From Octopus sinensis (taxonomy: Eukaryota), in assembly GCF_006345805.1 (NCBI RefSeq), contig NC_043023.1, positions 2,976,001-3,040,000 on the forward strand: a DNA stretch of 64,000 nucleotides, read 5' to 3'. A model generated the notes under the pieces. The model had not been told where the DNA came from. It was given only the letters and a program-made list of their open reading frames with translations, and ran no database searches. The position numbers were made by a program, and so were the translations under genes. Below are positions 50,796 through 64,000 of this stretch, one piece after another. Within the stretch, counting starts at the first letter, position 1, and the number at the start of each line of letters is the position of its first letter.

Positions 50796-51506
50796 TTAAC
50801 CCTTACGTTACTGTATTTCTGTTGAGATGCTCTGTGTTTCTTTCAATTAATTTTAAATATAACGAAGAATTTAGTAAAATAACTTATGAAAACAAGACAT
50901 TTGTACTACAGAGCCAGAGTTGGTTTCAACCAGGTTGGTATCAAAAGGGTTAAGAATTGTTCCTCTATTACATATTTTAACCCTTTTGTCACCATATTTC
51001 TGTTGAGATGCTCTGTGTTTCTTTCAATTACTTTAAATATAACAAAGAATTTAGTAAAATAATTTATTTATCATTAAGCTAGTGTTAGGAACATAAATTG
51101 TGACTAAGGTTTGGTGGAAGGTTTTAATTCAAAACTTATGAAAATAAGACATTTGTATTACAGAGCCAGAGGCAGTTTCAACCTGATTGGTATAAAAGAT
51201 TACATTTGCCGATTTTGTTTCACTTGTTAGAAATAGCAGCCAAATCTTGTGCACATTGAACACACTGACTGTCTTTAACCCGTTTTGTTACCATATTTCT
51301 GTTGAGATGCTCTGCGTTTCTTTCAATTAATTTTAAATATAACAAAGAATTTAGAAAAATAATTTAGTTACCATTTAGCTAGTGTTAGGAACATAAATTG
51401 TGACAAAGGTTTGGAAGAAGATTTTAATTCAAAACTTTAAGAAAACAAGATGTTTGTACTACAGAGCCAGAGGTGGTTTCAGCCAAGTTGGTATCAAAAG
51501 GGTTAA
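50796..51506. mobile_element. Three copies of a ~230-bp TTAA-flanked (piggyBac-like) MITE
   Basis: TTAACCC..ATTTCTGTTGAGATGCTCTG starts at ~50796, 50977 and 51275; AAAAGGGTTAA ends at ~50953 and ~51506. Confidence 0.8.
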
Positions 51507-53303
51507 ATATAATAAAGGATTTAGTAAAATAACTTATCATTAAGCTAGTGTTAGGAACATAAATTGTGACTAAGGTTTGGTGGAAGATTTTAATTCAAAA
51601 CTTATGAAAGCAAGACATTTGTACTCAGAACCAGAGGTGGTTTCAGCCAAGTTGGTATCAAAAGGGTTAAATATAATAAAGGATTTAGTAAAATAACTTA
51701 TCATTAAGCTAGTGTTAGGAACATAAATTGTGACTAAGTTTGGTGGAAGATTTTAATTCAAAACTTATGAAAGCAAGACATTTGTACTCAGAGCCAGAGG
51801 TGGTTCAGCCAAGTTGGTATCAAAAGGTTAAATATAATAAAGGATTTAGTAAAATAACTTATCATTAAGCTAGTGTTAGGAACATAAATTGTGACTAAGG
51901 TTTGGTGGAAGATTTTAATTCAAAACTTATGAAAGCAAGACATTTGTACTCAGAGCCAGAGGTGGTTTCAGCCAAGTTGGTATCAAAAGGGTTAAATATA
52001 ATAAAGGATTTAGTAAAATAACTTATCATTAAGCTAGTGTTAGGAACATAAATTGTGACTAAGGTTTGGTGGAAGATTTTAATTCAAAACTTATGAAAGC
52101 AAGACATTTGTACTCAGAACCAGAGGTGGTTTCAGCCAAGTTGGTATCAAAAGGGTTAAATAAATATAAAGGATTTAGTAAAATAACTTATCATTAAGCT
52201 AGTGTTAGGAACATAAATTGTGACTAAGGTTTGGTGGAAGATTTTAATTCAAAACTTATGAAAGCAAGACATTTGTACTCAGAGCCAGAGGTGGTTTCAG
52301 CCAAGTTGGTATCAAAAGGGTTAAATATAATAAAGGATTTAGTAAAATAACTTATCATTAAGCTAGTGTTAGGAACATAAATTGTGACTAAGGTTTGGTG
52401 GAAGATTTTAATTCAAAACTTATGAAAGCAAGACATTTGTACTCAGAGCCAGAGGTGGTTTCAGCCAAGTTGGTATCAAAAGGTTAAATATAATAAAGGA
52501 TTAGTAAAATAACTTATCATTAAGCTAGTGTTAGGAACATAAATTGTGACTAAGGTTTGGTGGAAGATTTTAATTCAAAACTTATGAAAGCAAGACATTT
52601 GTACTCAGAGCCAGAGGTGGTTTCAGCCAAGTTGGTATCAAAAGGGTTAAATATAATAAGGATTTAGTAAAATAACTTATCATTAGCTAGTGTTAGGAAC
52701 ATAAATTGTGACTAAGGTTGGTGGAAGATTTTAATTCAAAACTTATGAAAGCAAGACATTTGTACTCAGAGCCAGAGGTGGTTTCAGCCAAGTTGGTATC
52801 AAAAGGGTTAAATATAATAAAGGATTTAGTAAAATAACTTATCATTAAGCTAGTGTTAGGAACATAAATTGTGACTAAGGTTTGGTGGAAGATTTTAATT
52901 CAAAACTTATGAAAGCAAGACATTTGTACTCAGAGCCAGAGGTGGTTTCAGCCAAGTTGGTATCAAAAGGGTTAAATATAATAAAGGATTTAGTAAAATA
53001 ACTTATCATTAAGCTAGTGTTAGGAACATAAATTGTGACTAAGGTTTGGTGGAAGATTTTAATTCAAAACTTATGAAAGCAAGACATTTGTACTCAGAGC
53101 CAGAGGTGGTTTCAGCCAAGTTGGTATCAAAAGGGTTAAATATAATAAAGGATTTAGTAAAATAACTTATCATTAAGCTAGTGTTAGGAACATAAATTGT
53201 GAGTAAGGTTTGGTGTAAGATTTTAATTCAAAACTTATGGAAACAAGACATTTGTACTCAGAACCAGAACCGGTTTCCGCTGGGTTGATAATGAAAGGGT
53301 TAA
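51503..53303. repeat. 164-bp tandem satellite, 11 units, derived from the MITE 3' part
   Basis: G(G)GTTAAA junctions at ~51500, 51664, 51826, 51989, 52153, 52318, 52482, 52644, 52805, 52969, 53133 and 53297. Confidence 0.95.
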
Positions 53304-53779
53304 ATAAGCATTATATCTAACAGAGTAATCAGAGTGCTAAAGGGTTAAAATATTTTAATTATTTTCATTTTGTAAAAGAGAACGCTAAACGCTAAGCCTC
53401 ATTGACCATTTTTGTTGTTGACGCTGTTGTTGCCATCATGATTGATGCGATAGTTGTGATTGATGAAAGCAGCTTAAACTTCATCAACCATTTCGATGCT
53501 GTTGTTGTTGTTGTAACACTTGTAATTGCTGTGTAAAAGGGAACAATAAGACTTCAGCTTTGTTGACCATTTTGTTGTTGTAACGGTTGTTATTGTAAGA
53601 GGAAATAAAAACCTTGGTTGACCAGTTTAATGTTGTAATTGCTGTGGATGTTGTTTTTCTTGATGCTGGAGTTGTTGTTGTTGTTGTTGTGATTACTGTG
53701 GCACAATTAAAATGACAAAGTATTTGGACTGTTTTGTAGTTGCAAAAGAGAATAGCAAGAGCTCAGTTCCATCCACCAT

Positions 53780-56033
53780 TTTTGTCTTTGCTGTTGTTGT
53801 TGGTGGTGGTCATGATGTTGTTGTTGGTGGTCATAATGGTGGTGGTGGTTATGTTGCTGTTGGTCTTGATGGTGGTAGTGGTGGTGATGATGATGGTGGT
53901 CCTGATGGTGATGGTGGTGATGATGGTGATGGTGGTCATGATGGTGGTGATGGTGATGGTGATGATGGTGGTGGTCATGATGGTGGTGGTGGTGGTGGTG
54001 GTCATGATGGTGGTGGTGGTGGTGGTGGTCATGATGTTGATGGTGGTGATGGTGGTGGTGGTAATGATGATGGTGGTGGTGATGATGGTGGTGGTGATGG
54101 TGGTGGTGGTGGTGGTGGTGATGGTGGTGGTGTCATGATGGTGGTGGTAGTCATGATAGTGATGGTGGTGGTGGTCATGATGGTGGTGGTCATAATGGCG
54201 GTGGTGGTGGTGGTGATGGTGGTGGTCATAATGGTGGTGATGGTGGTGGTGGTGGTCATGATGGTGGTGGTGATGATGATGGTGGTGGTGATGGTGATGG
54301 TGGTCATGATGGTGGTGATGGTGGTCATAATGATGGTGGTGGTGGTGATGATGGTGATGGTGGTCATGATGGTGGTGATGACGGTGGTGGTCATGATGGT
54401 GGTGGTGGTGGTAATGGTGGTGGTCATGATGTTGATGGTGGTGTTGGTAGTGGTGGTCATGATGTTGTTGCTGGTCTTGTTGTTGTTGTGATTGTTGTCC
54501 CAGGATTAAAATGACTTGAAGTATTTTGGTGATTTTCCTTCATCTACAATTTTTGTTGCTTCTGTTGTTGTTGCCATTGTGGTTGATCTGATTGTTGTTG
54601 TAATCAATAAAAATGACTTAAAACTTTGCAGTACATTTTCATGTTGTTGTAATTGTTGTTATTATAACAGTCATTGTTGTTGCTGATGTTGCTGTAATTG
54701 CAGCAGAAAGGGGAACAATTAGAATTCTAATCTGTTGACCAGTTTCATGCTGGACTTGTTCCCTGTTATATTCGTGTTGTTGTCATCGCTGTTGTTGTCG
54801 TTGCTGGTGGTGATGTTGTGGTTGTTGTTGTCTTTTGTGGTTGCTGCAATTGCTGTTGTTGTTGTTGCTGTGGTTGTTGTTGTTGTTGCTGTTGCAGGTG
54901 TTCCTGTTGATGTTGTTGCTGTTGTTTTTGACGTTGTTGGTGTGGTTGTTGCTGTAGTTGTGGGCATTGCTGTTGTGAGCATTGTTGTTGTTGGTGGTGG
55001 TGGTGGCGGCAGCAGCAGTGGTCGTAGCATTCTCTTGTTGATGTTGTTGTTTGGGTTGTTGTTGTTGCTGTTGTAGGTGTTCTTGTCGATGTTGTTGCTG
55101 TTATTTTTGCTGTTGTTGTTGTTGGTGGTGGTGGCAGCAGGGGTCATACCATTCTTGTTGATGTTGTGGGTGTTGTCTTTTGTTGTTGATGTTTTAGTTG
55201 CTGTTGTTGTTGTGGGCATTGCTGTTGTTGTTGATGATGTTGGCAGTAGTGGTGGTGGCAGCAGTGGTCATAGCATTCTTTTGATGATGTTGTTGTTGTT
55301 GTGGGTGTTGTCTTTTGTTGTTGCTATTGCTGTTGTTGGTGTTGTTGCTGTGGTTGTTGTTGCTATTGTTGTTTTGGTTGCTGTTGTTGTTGTTGTAGTT
55401 GTTCCTGTTGATGTTGTTGTTGCTGCTGTTGATTTTGCAGTTGTTGGTGTGGTTGTTGTTGCTCTTGTTGTTGTGGGCATTGCTGTTGTTGTTGATGCTG
55501 CTGTTGGTGGTAGCAGCAGTGGTCGTAGCATTCTATGTTGTTGTTGTTATGGGTGTTGTCTTTTGTTGTTGCTATTGCTGCTGTTGTTGTGGTTTTGTTG
55601 TTGCTGTTGTTGTTTTGGTTGCTGTTGTTGTTGTTGTTGAAGGTGTTCCTGTCGACGTTGTTGTTACTGCTGTTGATTTTGCAGTTGTTGGTGGTGGTGG
55701 TGGCAGCAGTGGTCGTAGCATACTTGTTGATGTTGTTGTAGTTTGTTGTTGCTGTTGTTGTTGCTGTAGGCATAGCTGTTGTTGGTGTTGTTGTTGTTGG
55801 TAGTGGTGGCTGCAGTGGTCGTAGCATTCTTGTTGATGTTGTGGTTGTTGTTGTGGGTGTTGTCTTTTGTTGTTGTGGGCATTGCTGTTGTTGTTGTTGG
55901 TGGCGGTGGTGGTGGTGGCAGCAGAAGTGGTCATAGCATTCTCTTGTTGATGTTGTTGTCTTTTGTTGTTGTTGTTGGTGGTGGTGGTGTGGTTGTTGTT
56001 GTGGGTGATGTCTTTTGTTGTTGTGGGCATTGC

Positions 56034-56064
<31 letters not shown>

Positions 56065-56350
56065 GGCAGCAGTGGTCATAGCATTCTCTTGTTGATGTTG
56101 TTGTCTTTTGTTGTTGTTGTTGGTGGTGGTGGTGTGGTTGTTGTTGTGGGTGATGTCTTTTGTTGTTGTTGTTGTTGCTATTGTTGTTTTGGTTTTTGTT
56201 GTTGCTGCTGTTGTTACTGTAGTTGCTGTTGCTGTTTGTTGTTGTGAGCATTGTTGTTGTTGTTGGTGATGGTGGTGGCAGCAGCGGTCATGGCATTCTT
56301 GTTGATGTCGTGGATATTATTATTGTTGATGTTGTCATTGATGCCGACCC
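53780..56350. repeat. (GGT/GAT/GTT)n low-complexity tract with cryptic higher-order repeats
   Basis: GCAGTGGTC[AG]TAGCATTCT and GTGGGCATTGCTG motifs recur. Confidence 0.9.
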
Positions 56351-57113
56351 TGTTGTTGTTGATACCTCGACCTTGTTGTTCTTGGTATTGGTTGCATTAT
56401 CAACAATGTCATTGTTAATATCGTTACTGTCATCATTGCGGCAATTATTGTAAATGGAAATAAAGACCTTTGTTGACCAGTTTAATGTTGTACTTGTTTC
56501 ATTTCATCAAACAGTTTTGGGAACTAAAGATACAAGAGAAAGTGACAAAGACAGAGGGTGAATGACTGGTAGTAGGCGGAGGTTGCTATAGTAAAATCGA
56601 TGTTTAAGTCATTGTGATGGCATGTTTGACTTGGTTTGTTTTGATAGTGTGTGTTATTGTTGCTGATGATACGAGTGGTCTATAATCCCTCCTAAAACTA
56701 CCATCCCTACCTCCACTTCCATCTTCCTCTTTATCTCCTCTTTTATGTATACAAGCATATACATAACCATGTGTGGGTGTATGTACATATGTATATGTGT
56801 ATTTATATATGTTTGTATATATGTATGTATACATGTGTTTGTATATATGTTTATATGTATATATATATATATATATAGGGTGTGTGTGTGCATATGTATG
56901 TATGTGTGTGTATATATATGTGTATATATGCATGTGTATATATGTGTGTGTGCATATGTATATATATTGGTGTAAGTATATATGTGTGTATGTGTGGATA
57001 TATATATATATCTGTTTCTATATAAACAGATATATATGTGTGTGTAGAGAGAGATAAATATTGAGATCAATAGATAATATACACACACATATATTTAGCT
57101 ACCTATATGTATG

Positions 57114-57144
<31 letters not shown>

Positions 57145-57543
57145 ATGTAAAGATAAGTAATGAGATAGTCAGTCAACACACACGCACAGACATATATATA
57201 TATATATACACACATATATATGTGAGTGTGTATATGTGTGTGTATATATATGTGTGTGTTTGTGTGTGTTTGTATATATATATGTTTGTGTATGTAAAGA
57301 TAAGTATTGAGATAGTCCGTCAACATACACACACACACAAACATAGACACACACACAAGCATGTTTATTCAGATTATGAATGTGTATGCATATACATATA
57401 TATGTGTGTGTGTGTGTTTGTGTGTGTATATATATATATATGTTTGTGTGTGTATATATATATAATAGATTGATATATATATGTATGTGTTTGTGTGTAT
57501 ATATATATATATATATGTTGTGTGCGTATATATATATAGAGAT

Positions 57544-57585
<42 letters not shown>

Positions 57586-57646
57586 TTGTGTGTGTATATA
57601 TATATATATATATATGTTGTGTGTGTATATATATATATATAGATTG

Positions 57647-57677
<31 letters not shown>

Positions 57678-58014
57678 GTATGTGTTTGTGTTGTATATAT
57701 ATATATATATATGTTTGTGTGTGTATATATATATATAGATTGATATATATATATATATGTATATATATGCATACACATACATATACACCGTGGTCGCACT
57801 TTATATATACTACACAGCTGTGTCATTTTAAACCGAAAAATACAGCAATGATTAAGATAAAGCGGAAACGATGTCCGTTTGTTTAATCACGAGTGATTAA
57901 AGTCTCTCTCTAGGAACAGGAAGTTGTTTTTACTCTTTAACCAAACTAACTTTAAATAATAAACAGTCAAACGAACCTAATGCAATTATTGACAGTATCA
58001 ATAATATCACTCGG

Positions 58015-60075
58015 TGGTAGTGGTGGGGGGTGGGGGTTGGTAATGGTGATGGTGGTGGTGGTGGTGGTTGTGTTGGTGGTGGCAGTGGTTGTTGTCGGTG
58101 GTGGTCGTACTGGTGTTGTTGTAGATTGTAGTGGTGATGGTTGTGATGACGGTGGTACTATTGTTGTGATGGTTGTGATGATGGTAGTGGTTATGGTATT
58201 GGTGGTGGGGTGGTAGTTGTGGTATTGTGGTGGTATTGATGGTGGTGATGATGGTTGTGATGATGGTAGTACTATTGTTGTTGTTGATGGTATTGGTGGT
58301 GGTAGTGATGATGGTGATGGTTGTGATGACGGTGGTACTATTGTTGTTGTTGATGGTATTGGTGGTTGTAGTGATGATGGTGATGGTTTGATGATGGTAG
58401 TGGTTATGGTATTGGTGGTGGTGGTGTGTTTTGTGGTATTGGTGGTGGTATTGATGGTGGTGATGATGGTTGTGATGATGGTAGTACTATTGTTGTTGTT
58501 GATGGTATTGGTGGTGGTAGTGATGATGGTGATGGTTGTGATGACGGTGGTACTATTGTTGTTGTTGATGGTATTGGTGGTTGTAGTGATGATGGTGATG
58601 GTTGTGATGATGGTAGTGGTTATGGTATTGGTGGTGGTGGTGGTAGTTGTGGTATTGGTGGTGGTATTGATGGTGGTGATGATGGTAGTACTATTGTTGT
58701 TGTTGATGGTATTGGTGATGGTTGTGATGACGGTGGTACTATTGTTGTTGTTGATGGTATTGGTGGTTGTAGTGATGATGGTGATGGTTGTGATGATGGT
58801 AGTGGTTATGGTATTGGTGGTGGTGGTGGTAGTTGTGGTATTGGTGGTGGTATTGATGGTGGTGATGATGGTTGTGATGATGGTAGTACTATTGTTGTTG
58901 TTGATGGTATTGGTGGTGGTAGTGATGATGGTGATGGTTGTGATGACGGTGGTACTATTGTTGTTGTTGATGGTATTGGTGGTTGTAGTGATGATGGTGA
59001 TGGTTGTGATGATGGTAGTGGTTATGGTATTGGTGGTGGTGGTAGTTGTGGTATTGATGGTGGTGGTGATGGTTGTGATGACAGTGGTAGTTGTGGTATT
59101 GGTGGTGGTAGTGATGATGGTGATGGTTGTGATGACGGTGGTACTATTGTTGTTGTTGATAGTATTGGTGGTGGTAGTGATGATGGTGATGGTTGTGATG
59201 ATGGTAGTGGTTATGGTATTGGTGGTGGTGATGATGGTATTGATGGTGATGGTTGTGATGACGGTGGTAGTTGTGGTATTGGTGGTGGTATTGATGGTGG
59301 TGATGATGGTTGTGATGATGGTAGTACTATTGTTGTTGTTGATGGTATTGGTGGTGGTGGTATTGGTGGCAGTAGTGATGGTGATCTTGATGGTTGTGGT
59401 GGTGATGATGGTGATGGTTGTGATGATGGTGGTACTATTGTTGTTGTTGATGGTATTGGTGGTGGTAGTGATGGTGGTGATGGTTGTGGTGGTGATGATG
59501 ATGGTGGTGGTTGTGGTATTGGTGGTAGTGCTGGAGCTGTTGATGGTAGTGATGGTGATGATGTGGGTACATATTGTTGATGGTGTTGGTGGCTGTGGTA
59601 TTGGAGGTAGTGATGGTGATGGTGATGCTTGTGATGACAGTGGTATTACTGTATTGTTGATGGTGTTGGTGGTTGTGGTATTAGTGGTGATCGTGCTGTT
59701 AATGGTGATGGTTGTGGTATTAGTAGTGGTGATGGTGTTGGTGATAGTCGTGGTTGCGATGATGGAGGTGGTGGTGATGGTGAAGATGCTGGTATTGTTG
59801 TGGTGGTCATGGTGCTGTTAATGGTGATGGTTGTGGTGGTGGTGCTGCTGCTTCTGTTTCTGTTTTCTTCTTCTTGATCTTTTTCTCCTCCTCCCCCTCC
59901 TCATCTTTCTCCTTCTTCTTCTTCCAATTCTTCTTATTATTCCCCTTCTTTTTCTTCTCCTCCTCCTCCTTTACCCCCTCCTCCTCATTGTTGTTGTTGT
60001 TCTCCTCCTCCTCCTCCTCTTTCTTCTTCTTCTTCCAATTCTTCTTCTTCTTCTCCTCCTCTTTCTTCTTCTTCC
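58015..60075. repeat. (GGT/GAT) minisatellite followed by a (CTT/CCT) tract
   Basis: GTACTATTGTTGTTGTTGATGGTATTGG recurs about ten times. Confidence 0.9.
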
Positions 60076-60347
60076 AATCAGGGCTCACGCCATTAGCCAC
60101 AAAGAATAATCTCTAATTTGAGCCTACCCTAAGCTACTAAGAGTGCGTGTGGCAACTTGAAGATCCAGCCACCACATGTGATAGACTGGAGGTTGCACGG
60201 GCGAGAAAACTATGTTTTTATCCTCATTCCGTAAACGGTGGCTTTTAACGGGGGGAGAGCTGAACCATCCTGGGGTACAGAGAATTCACAATCTAGATTA
60301 GGGTCTGAAAGTTTATCACACCATAGGGGGTTACACCATGGTTCCTC

Positions 60348-60954
60348 TGCTTTGTGGTAGAAGTAGGAAGAAAGAGTGAGAGAAAGTTGTGGTGAAAGAG
60401 TACAGTGGGGTTCACTCCCGCCCCCCCCCCCCCCGAAGCTTAGGTGTTTTTGCTCAATAAACGCTCACAATGCCCGGTCTGGGAATCGAAACGGCGTTCT
60501 TATGACCACAAGTCTGCTGCCCTAACCACTGGGCCATTGCATCTCCACTGTTGTTGCTGTTTGTTTGTTTGTTTGTTGAGTGAAGCGGTCTTCATCCCAG
60601 AGCTCGCAAGGTCGCGCCTCGGGAGAAGTCCGAAACCTGGTCCTTTGCTATTCGTAAGACCTGCAGAAGAGAAAGCAGGTCAACCCCCGACACCGAGAGC
60701 ATCGATGGATGGATGAATGCGCATGCAGGCTCAGCGGTTGTGTAGGAAGTCGGGGACAAGAAACAGGAAGAAAGAGTGAGAGAAAGTTGGAGCGAAAGAG
60801 TACAACAGGGTTCGCCACCACCCCCTGCCAGAGCCTTGTGCAGCTTTAGGTGTTTTCGCTCAATAAACACACATAATGCTCGGTCTGGGAATCGAAACCG
60901 CGATCCTCCGACCGCGAGTCCGCTGCCCTAACCATTGGGCCATTGCGCCTCCAC
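60348..60954 (-). mobile_element. Two SINE family B copies (60348-60548 partial; 60559-60954 with a third tail type)
   Basis: Heads end ..TCCAC on the + strand; shared AAGAGTGAGAGAAAGTTG core. Confidence 0.85.
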
Positions 60955-60959
60955 TGTTG

Positions 60960-62109
60960 TTGCTGTTGGTAGTGATGGTTGTGGTGGTGGCATACTGATG
61001 AAGATGTTGTTGTTGTGGCGATGGTGTTGGTGATAGTCGTGGTTGCGATGACGGAGGTGGTGATTGTGAAGATGCTGGTATTGTTGTGGTGGTCATGGGT
61101 GCAGTTGGTGGTGATGGTTGTGGTGATGATTTTGGTAGTGGTGATGGAGGTGGGGATGGTGGTTGAGATGGTTGTGATGGTGATGATGATGATGGTGGTG
61201 GTCTAGGTAGTAGTGGTGACAATGGTGGTTGTGATGGTGGTGGTGGTGGTAGTGGTTGTTAGTGGTGCGCATAGTAAGTGGTTGTGGTTGCTGAGTGGCA
61301 CAGTTAATGTGGTAGTGGTACTACTACTACAAATATATCACTCCTTCTGCAACTATATCTGCAGCTACCATCACTACCACCACCACTACCATCACCACCA
61401 CCACCACCACTACCATCAGCACCACCACAACAACCACCACCACAACTACCACCACTACAACCACGACCACATGAACCACCACAACTACCACCACAATCAT
61501 CACCACCAACACCACCACCACCACAACCACCACCACCACCACCACCACATTTACCACAACCACCACCACCACCACCACTGCAAGCATCAACAATATTGCT
61601 ACTATATCTGCTACTGTTGCCAACACAAAATCGACTACCACCACCACCACCACCACCACCACCAGCACCACCACCACCACCACTACTACTACTACTACAA
61701 CTACTTCCTGGTTTTTATGACATATATTTAAGTTCCTTAATAGCTCTATAAAACAGCTGGACAGATATTGTGGTGGTGGTGGCGGCAGTGGTGGTTGTGG
61801 TGATGGTCGTCGTTGTGATGGTATTGGTGGTGGTGGTGCTGGTATAGGTGGTGGTGATGCTGCTGAAGGTTGTGGTGGTGGTAGTGATGGTAGTGGTTGT
61901 GGTGGTGGTAGTGATGGTGGTGGTTGTGGTGGTGGTAGTGATGGTAGTGGTTGTGGTGGTGGTAGTGATGGTAGTGGTTGTGGTGGTGGTAGTGATGGTA
62001 GTGGTTGTGGTGGTGGTAGTGATGGTGGTGGTTGTGGTGGTGATGGCAGTGGCAGTAGTCATGACGAAGGTGGAGAAGTCGATGGTGGTGATTGTAGCAG
62101 TGGTGGTCT

Positions 62110-62151
<42 letters not shown>

Positions 62152-62180
62152 TGGTGGTGGTGGTGGTGGTGTTGCTGATA
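60960..62180. repeat. (GGT)n/(CAC)n/(AGT)n trinucleotide tracts
   Basis: Direct inspection. Confidence 0.9.
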
Positions 62181-62301
62181 ATGGTCGTATGTGTGCAGTG
62201 AAGCCAGCGGTGTGCATTACTGCACAAGTCATTGCTATAAACGCAGCATGAGGCACATGCCATTAAAACACATTGATGTGTGTATACTGGAGAATATAAG
62301 C

Positions 62302-62337
<36 letters not shown>

Positions 62338-62345
62338 GCAATACA

Positions 62346-62382
<37 letters not shown>

Positions 62383-62441
62383 TATATATGTATATGTGTG
62401 TCTGTTACAGGAGCAATGTAGTTGTACAGATACTTGCTTTA

Positions 62442-62488
<47 letters not shown>

Positions 62489-63089
62489 TATATGTTGTGT
62501 ATATATATGTATGTATATATGTATGTATATATAATATGTATATATATATGTGTGCATATATATATATGTATATTATATATGTCTGTATGTATTATATATG
62601 TATATATATATATGTATGTATATTATATATACGTATATATTATATATGTGTGTGTATATATATATATATGTATATATATGTATATATATATTGTACATAT
62701 ATATATATATACATACATATTTATATATGTATATATATACTACATATAATATGTACTATTGTAATGTGATATGTTTATTATTGTTTATATTTTGTATTTC
62801 CTATATATGAGGGCACCAAAATCTTTTAAATGTTTAGGGCCTCTATGGGTCTTATACCAGCCTTGCCCTTATGTAATTTACTCCTAGATACACTATGCCT
62901 AAATGGTTTACACCACAAAAGAAATCACTTTAAACTTGCTAAAAATAATATTGAAAGTGGTTTCTATGTGAAATCATAATCATTGACCATGATTATGATT
63001 TCACTTGGCTTGATAAGTTTTCTCAAATACAGCAAATTCTTCCACTTTGAATGTCAAAGTGGAACAATTTCTTCATTTTAACATTCAGA

Positions 63090-63828
63090 GCACTGGGCAG
63101 AAATCTCAGGGCTATTTGAGAAAAGAAACAGGCTTGGAAGAACTGGAAGAACAGTGGTAGCAGGGAATTGTATCAGACTGCCAGAAGGGAAGCTTGGAGA
63201 CAGGTGTATTTAGCTAGAGGGGAAGCAGATAAGGAAAAATTTGCAAATGTTCTGTGCCGTAAGGACCAAAGACTTGAAGTATTTCGTGTTGCAAGACAGT
63301 GTGTGAGAGAGAATTGTGATGTGGTAGGAGAGAAATGTGTCCGTATGGATGATGGTTCACTTGCGCTAAATGAGGATGCAAAGAGAGAGGTTTGGAGACG
63401 CCACTATGAAAGGTTGCTGAATAAAGAAAACGAATGGGATAAAGAGAGTCTGCCGATTGTCGACCCAACAGAGGGACCAGCTATACTAGTTGACAGAACC
63501 TTGGTAGGTAAAGCAATTAAAAGACAGGGAAAGCCCCCCGGTCCGTCAAGAATCACCACAGAGATGCTCAAAATGTCTGGTAGTGTCGGCTATAGCCTAG
63601 TCACCCATATAGTTAACCAGGTCATACACAAAGGAGTCATACCCAATGACTGGTGTAGCAGCATAATAGTCAACTGCTACAAAGGTAAAGGTGATGCTTT
63701 AGATACAAATAACTACAGAGGTATCAAGTTGCTGGATCAAGTAATGAAGGTCACAGAAAGGGTCATAGCCCAACTAATTAGAGAGAGAGTCAGTTTAGAT
63801 GAAATGCAGTTTGGGTTCTTGCCAGAAA
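63090..63828 (+). mobile_element. RTE-clade LINE internal fragment (linker plus start of reverse transcriptase)
   Basis: ORF 63168-63845: W..HYERLLN.EN.W..IPNDW..SIIV..YKGKGD..NYRGIKLL..MKV.ERVI..LDEMQFGF; truncated after QFGF. Confidence 0.9.
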
Positions 63829-64000
63829 AGAAACTTTTTCATTGAAAAATACAGAACACGTCTTAATATTCACGCATAACCAACTTTTATCTTTTTACAT
63901 ATTTCAATTCATGATTACATCACTGTACATAAATCCCCTCACTAAACAAGGTTTTCGAAACTTGTCTTTGTCTGAACATATATATTCCCCTCCCATTACC

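Noticed and set aside
51503-53303. CRISPR-like array
   Set aside because: Units are near-identical along their whole length with no unique spacers; eukaryotic context, no cas genes
58217-59821. 534-aa Val/Met and 384-aa Gly/Asp/Cys ORFs resembling structural proteins
   Set aside because: Trinucleotide-derived minisatellite open in several frames; no signal peptide or convincing splice context. RNA-seq would be needed to exclude it fully

Overview
AT-rich eukaryotic DNA, dominated by microsatellites and transposable elements. The repeat families suggest a coleoid cephalopod, probably Octopus (inference). I can support no intact host protein-coding gene: nearly all tracked ORFs are translations of (TA)n, (CA)n, (TATG)n, (GGT)n or GA-rich repeats. 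Recognisable content: many copies of at least four tRNA-derived SINE families; truncated RTE and CR1-group LINE fragments; non-autonomous Helitrons; two Merlin-like MITEs with 8-bp TSDs; and a TTAA (piggyBac-like) MITE expanded into an 11-copy 164-bp satellite. The most notable signal is about 15 type I hammerhead-ribozyme motifs, both intact and degenerate. They lie in several short ORF-less elements, mostly inside (TA)n tracts and often as fold-backs. The best case is 47903-49736, a ~598-bp tandem repeat plus an inverted partial copy, with a GUC hammerhead in each complete unit and in the inverted copy. It is a candidate retrozyme or Penelope-derived circular-RNA element, with a diverged relative at ~27 kb. 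All calls were made by eye; coordinates of degenerate repeats are approximate.
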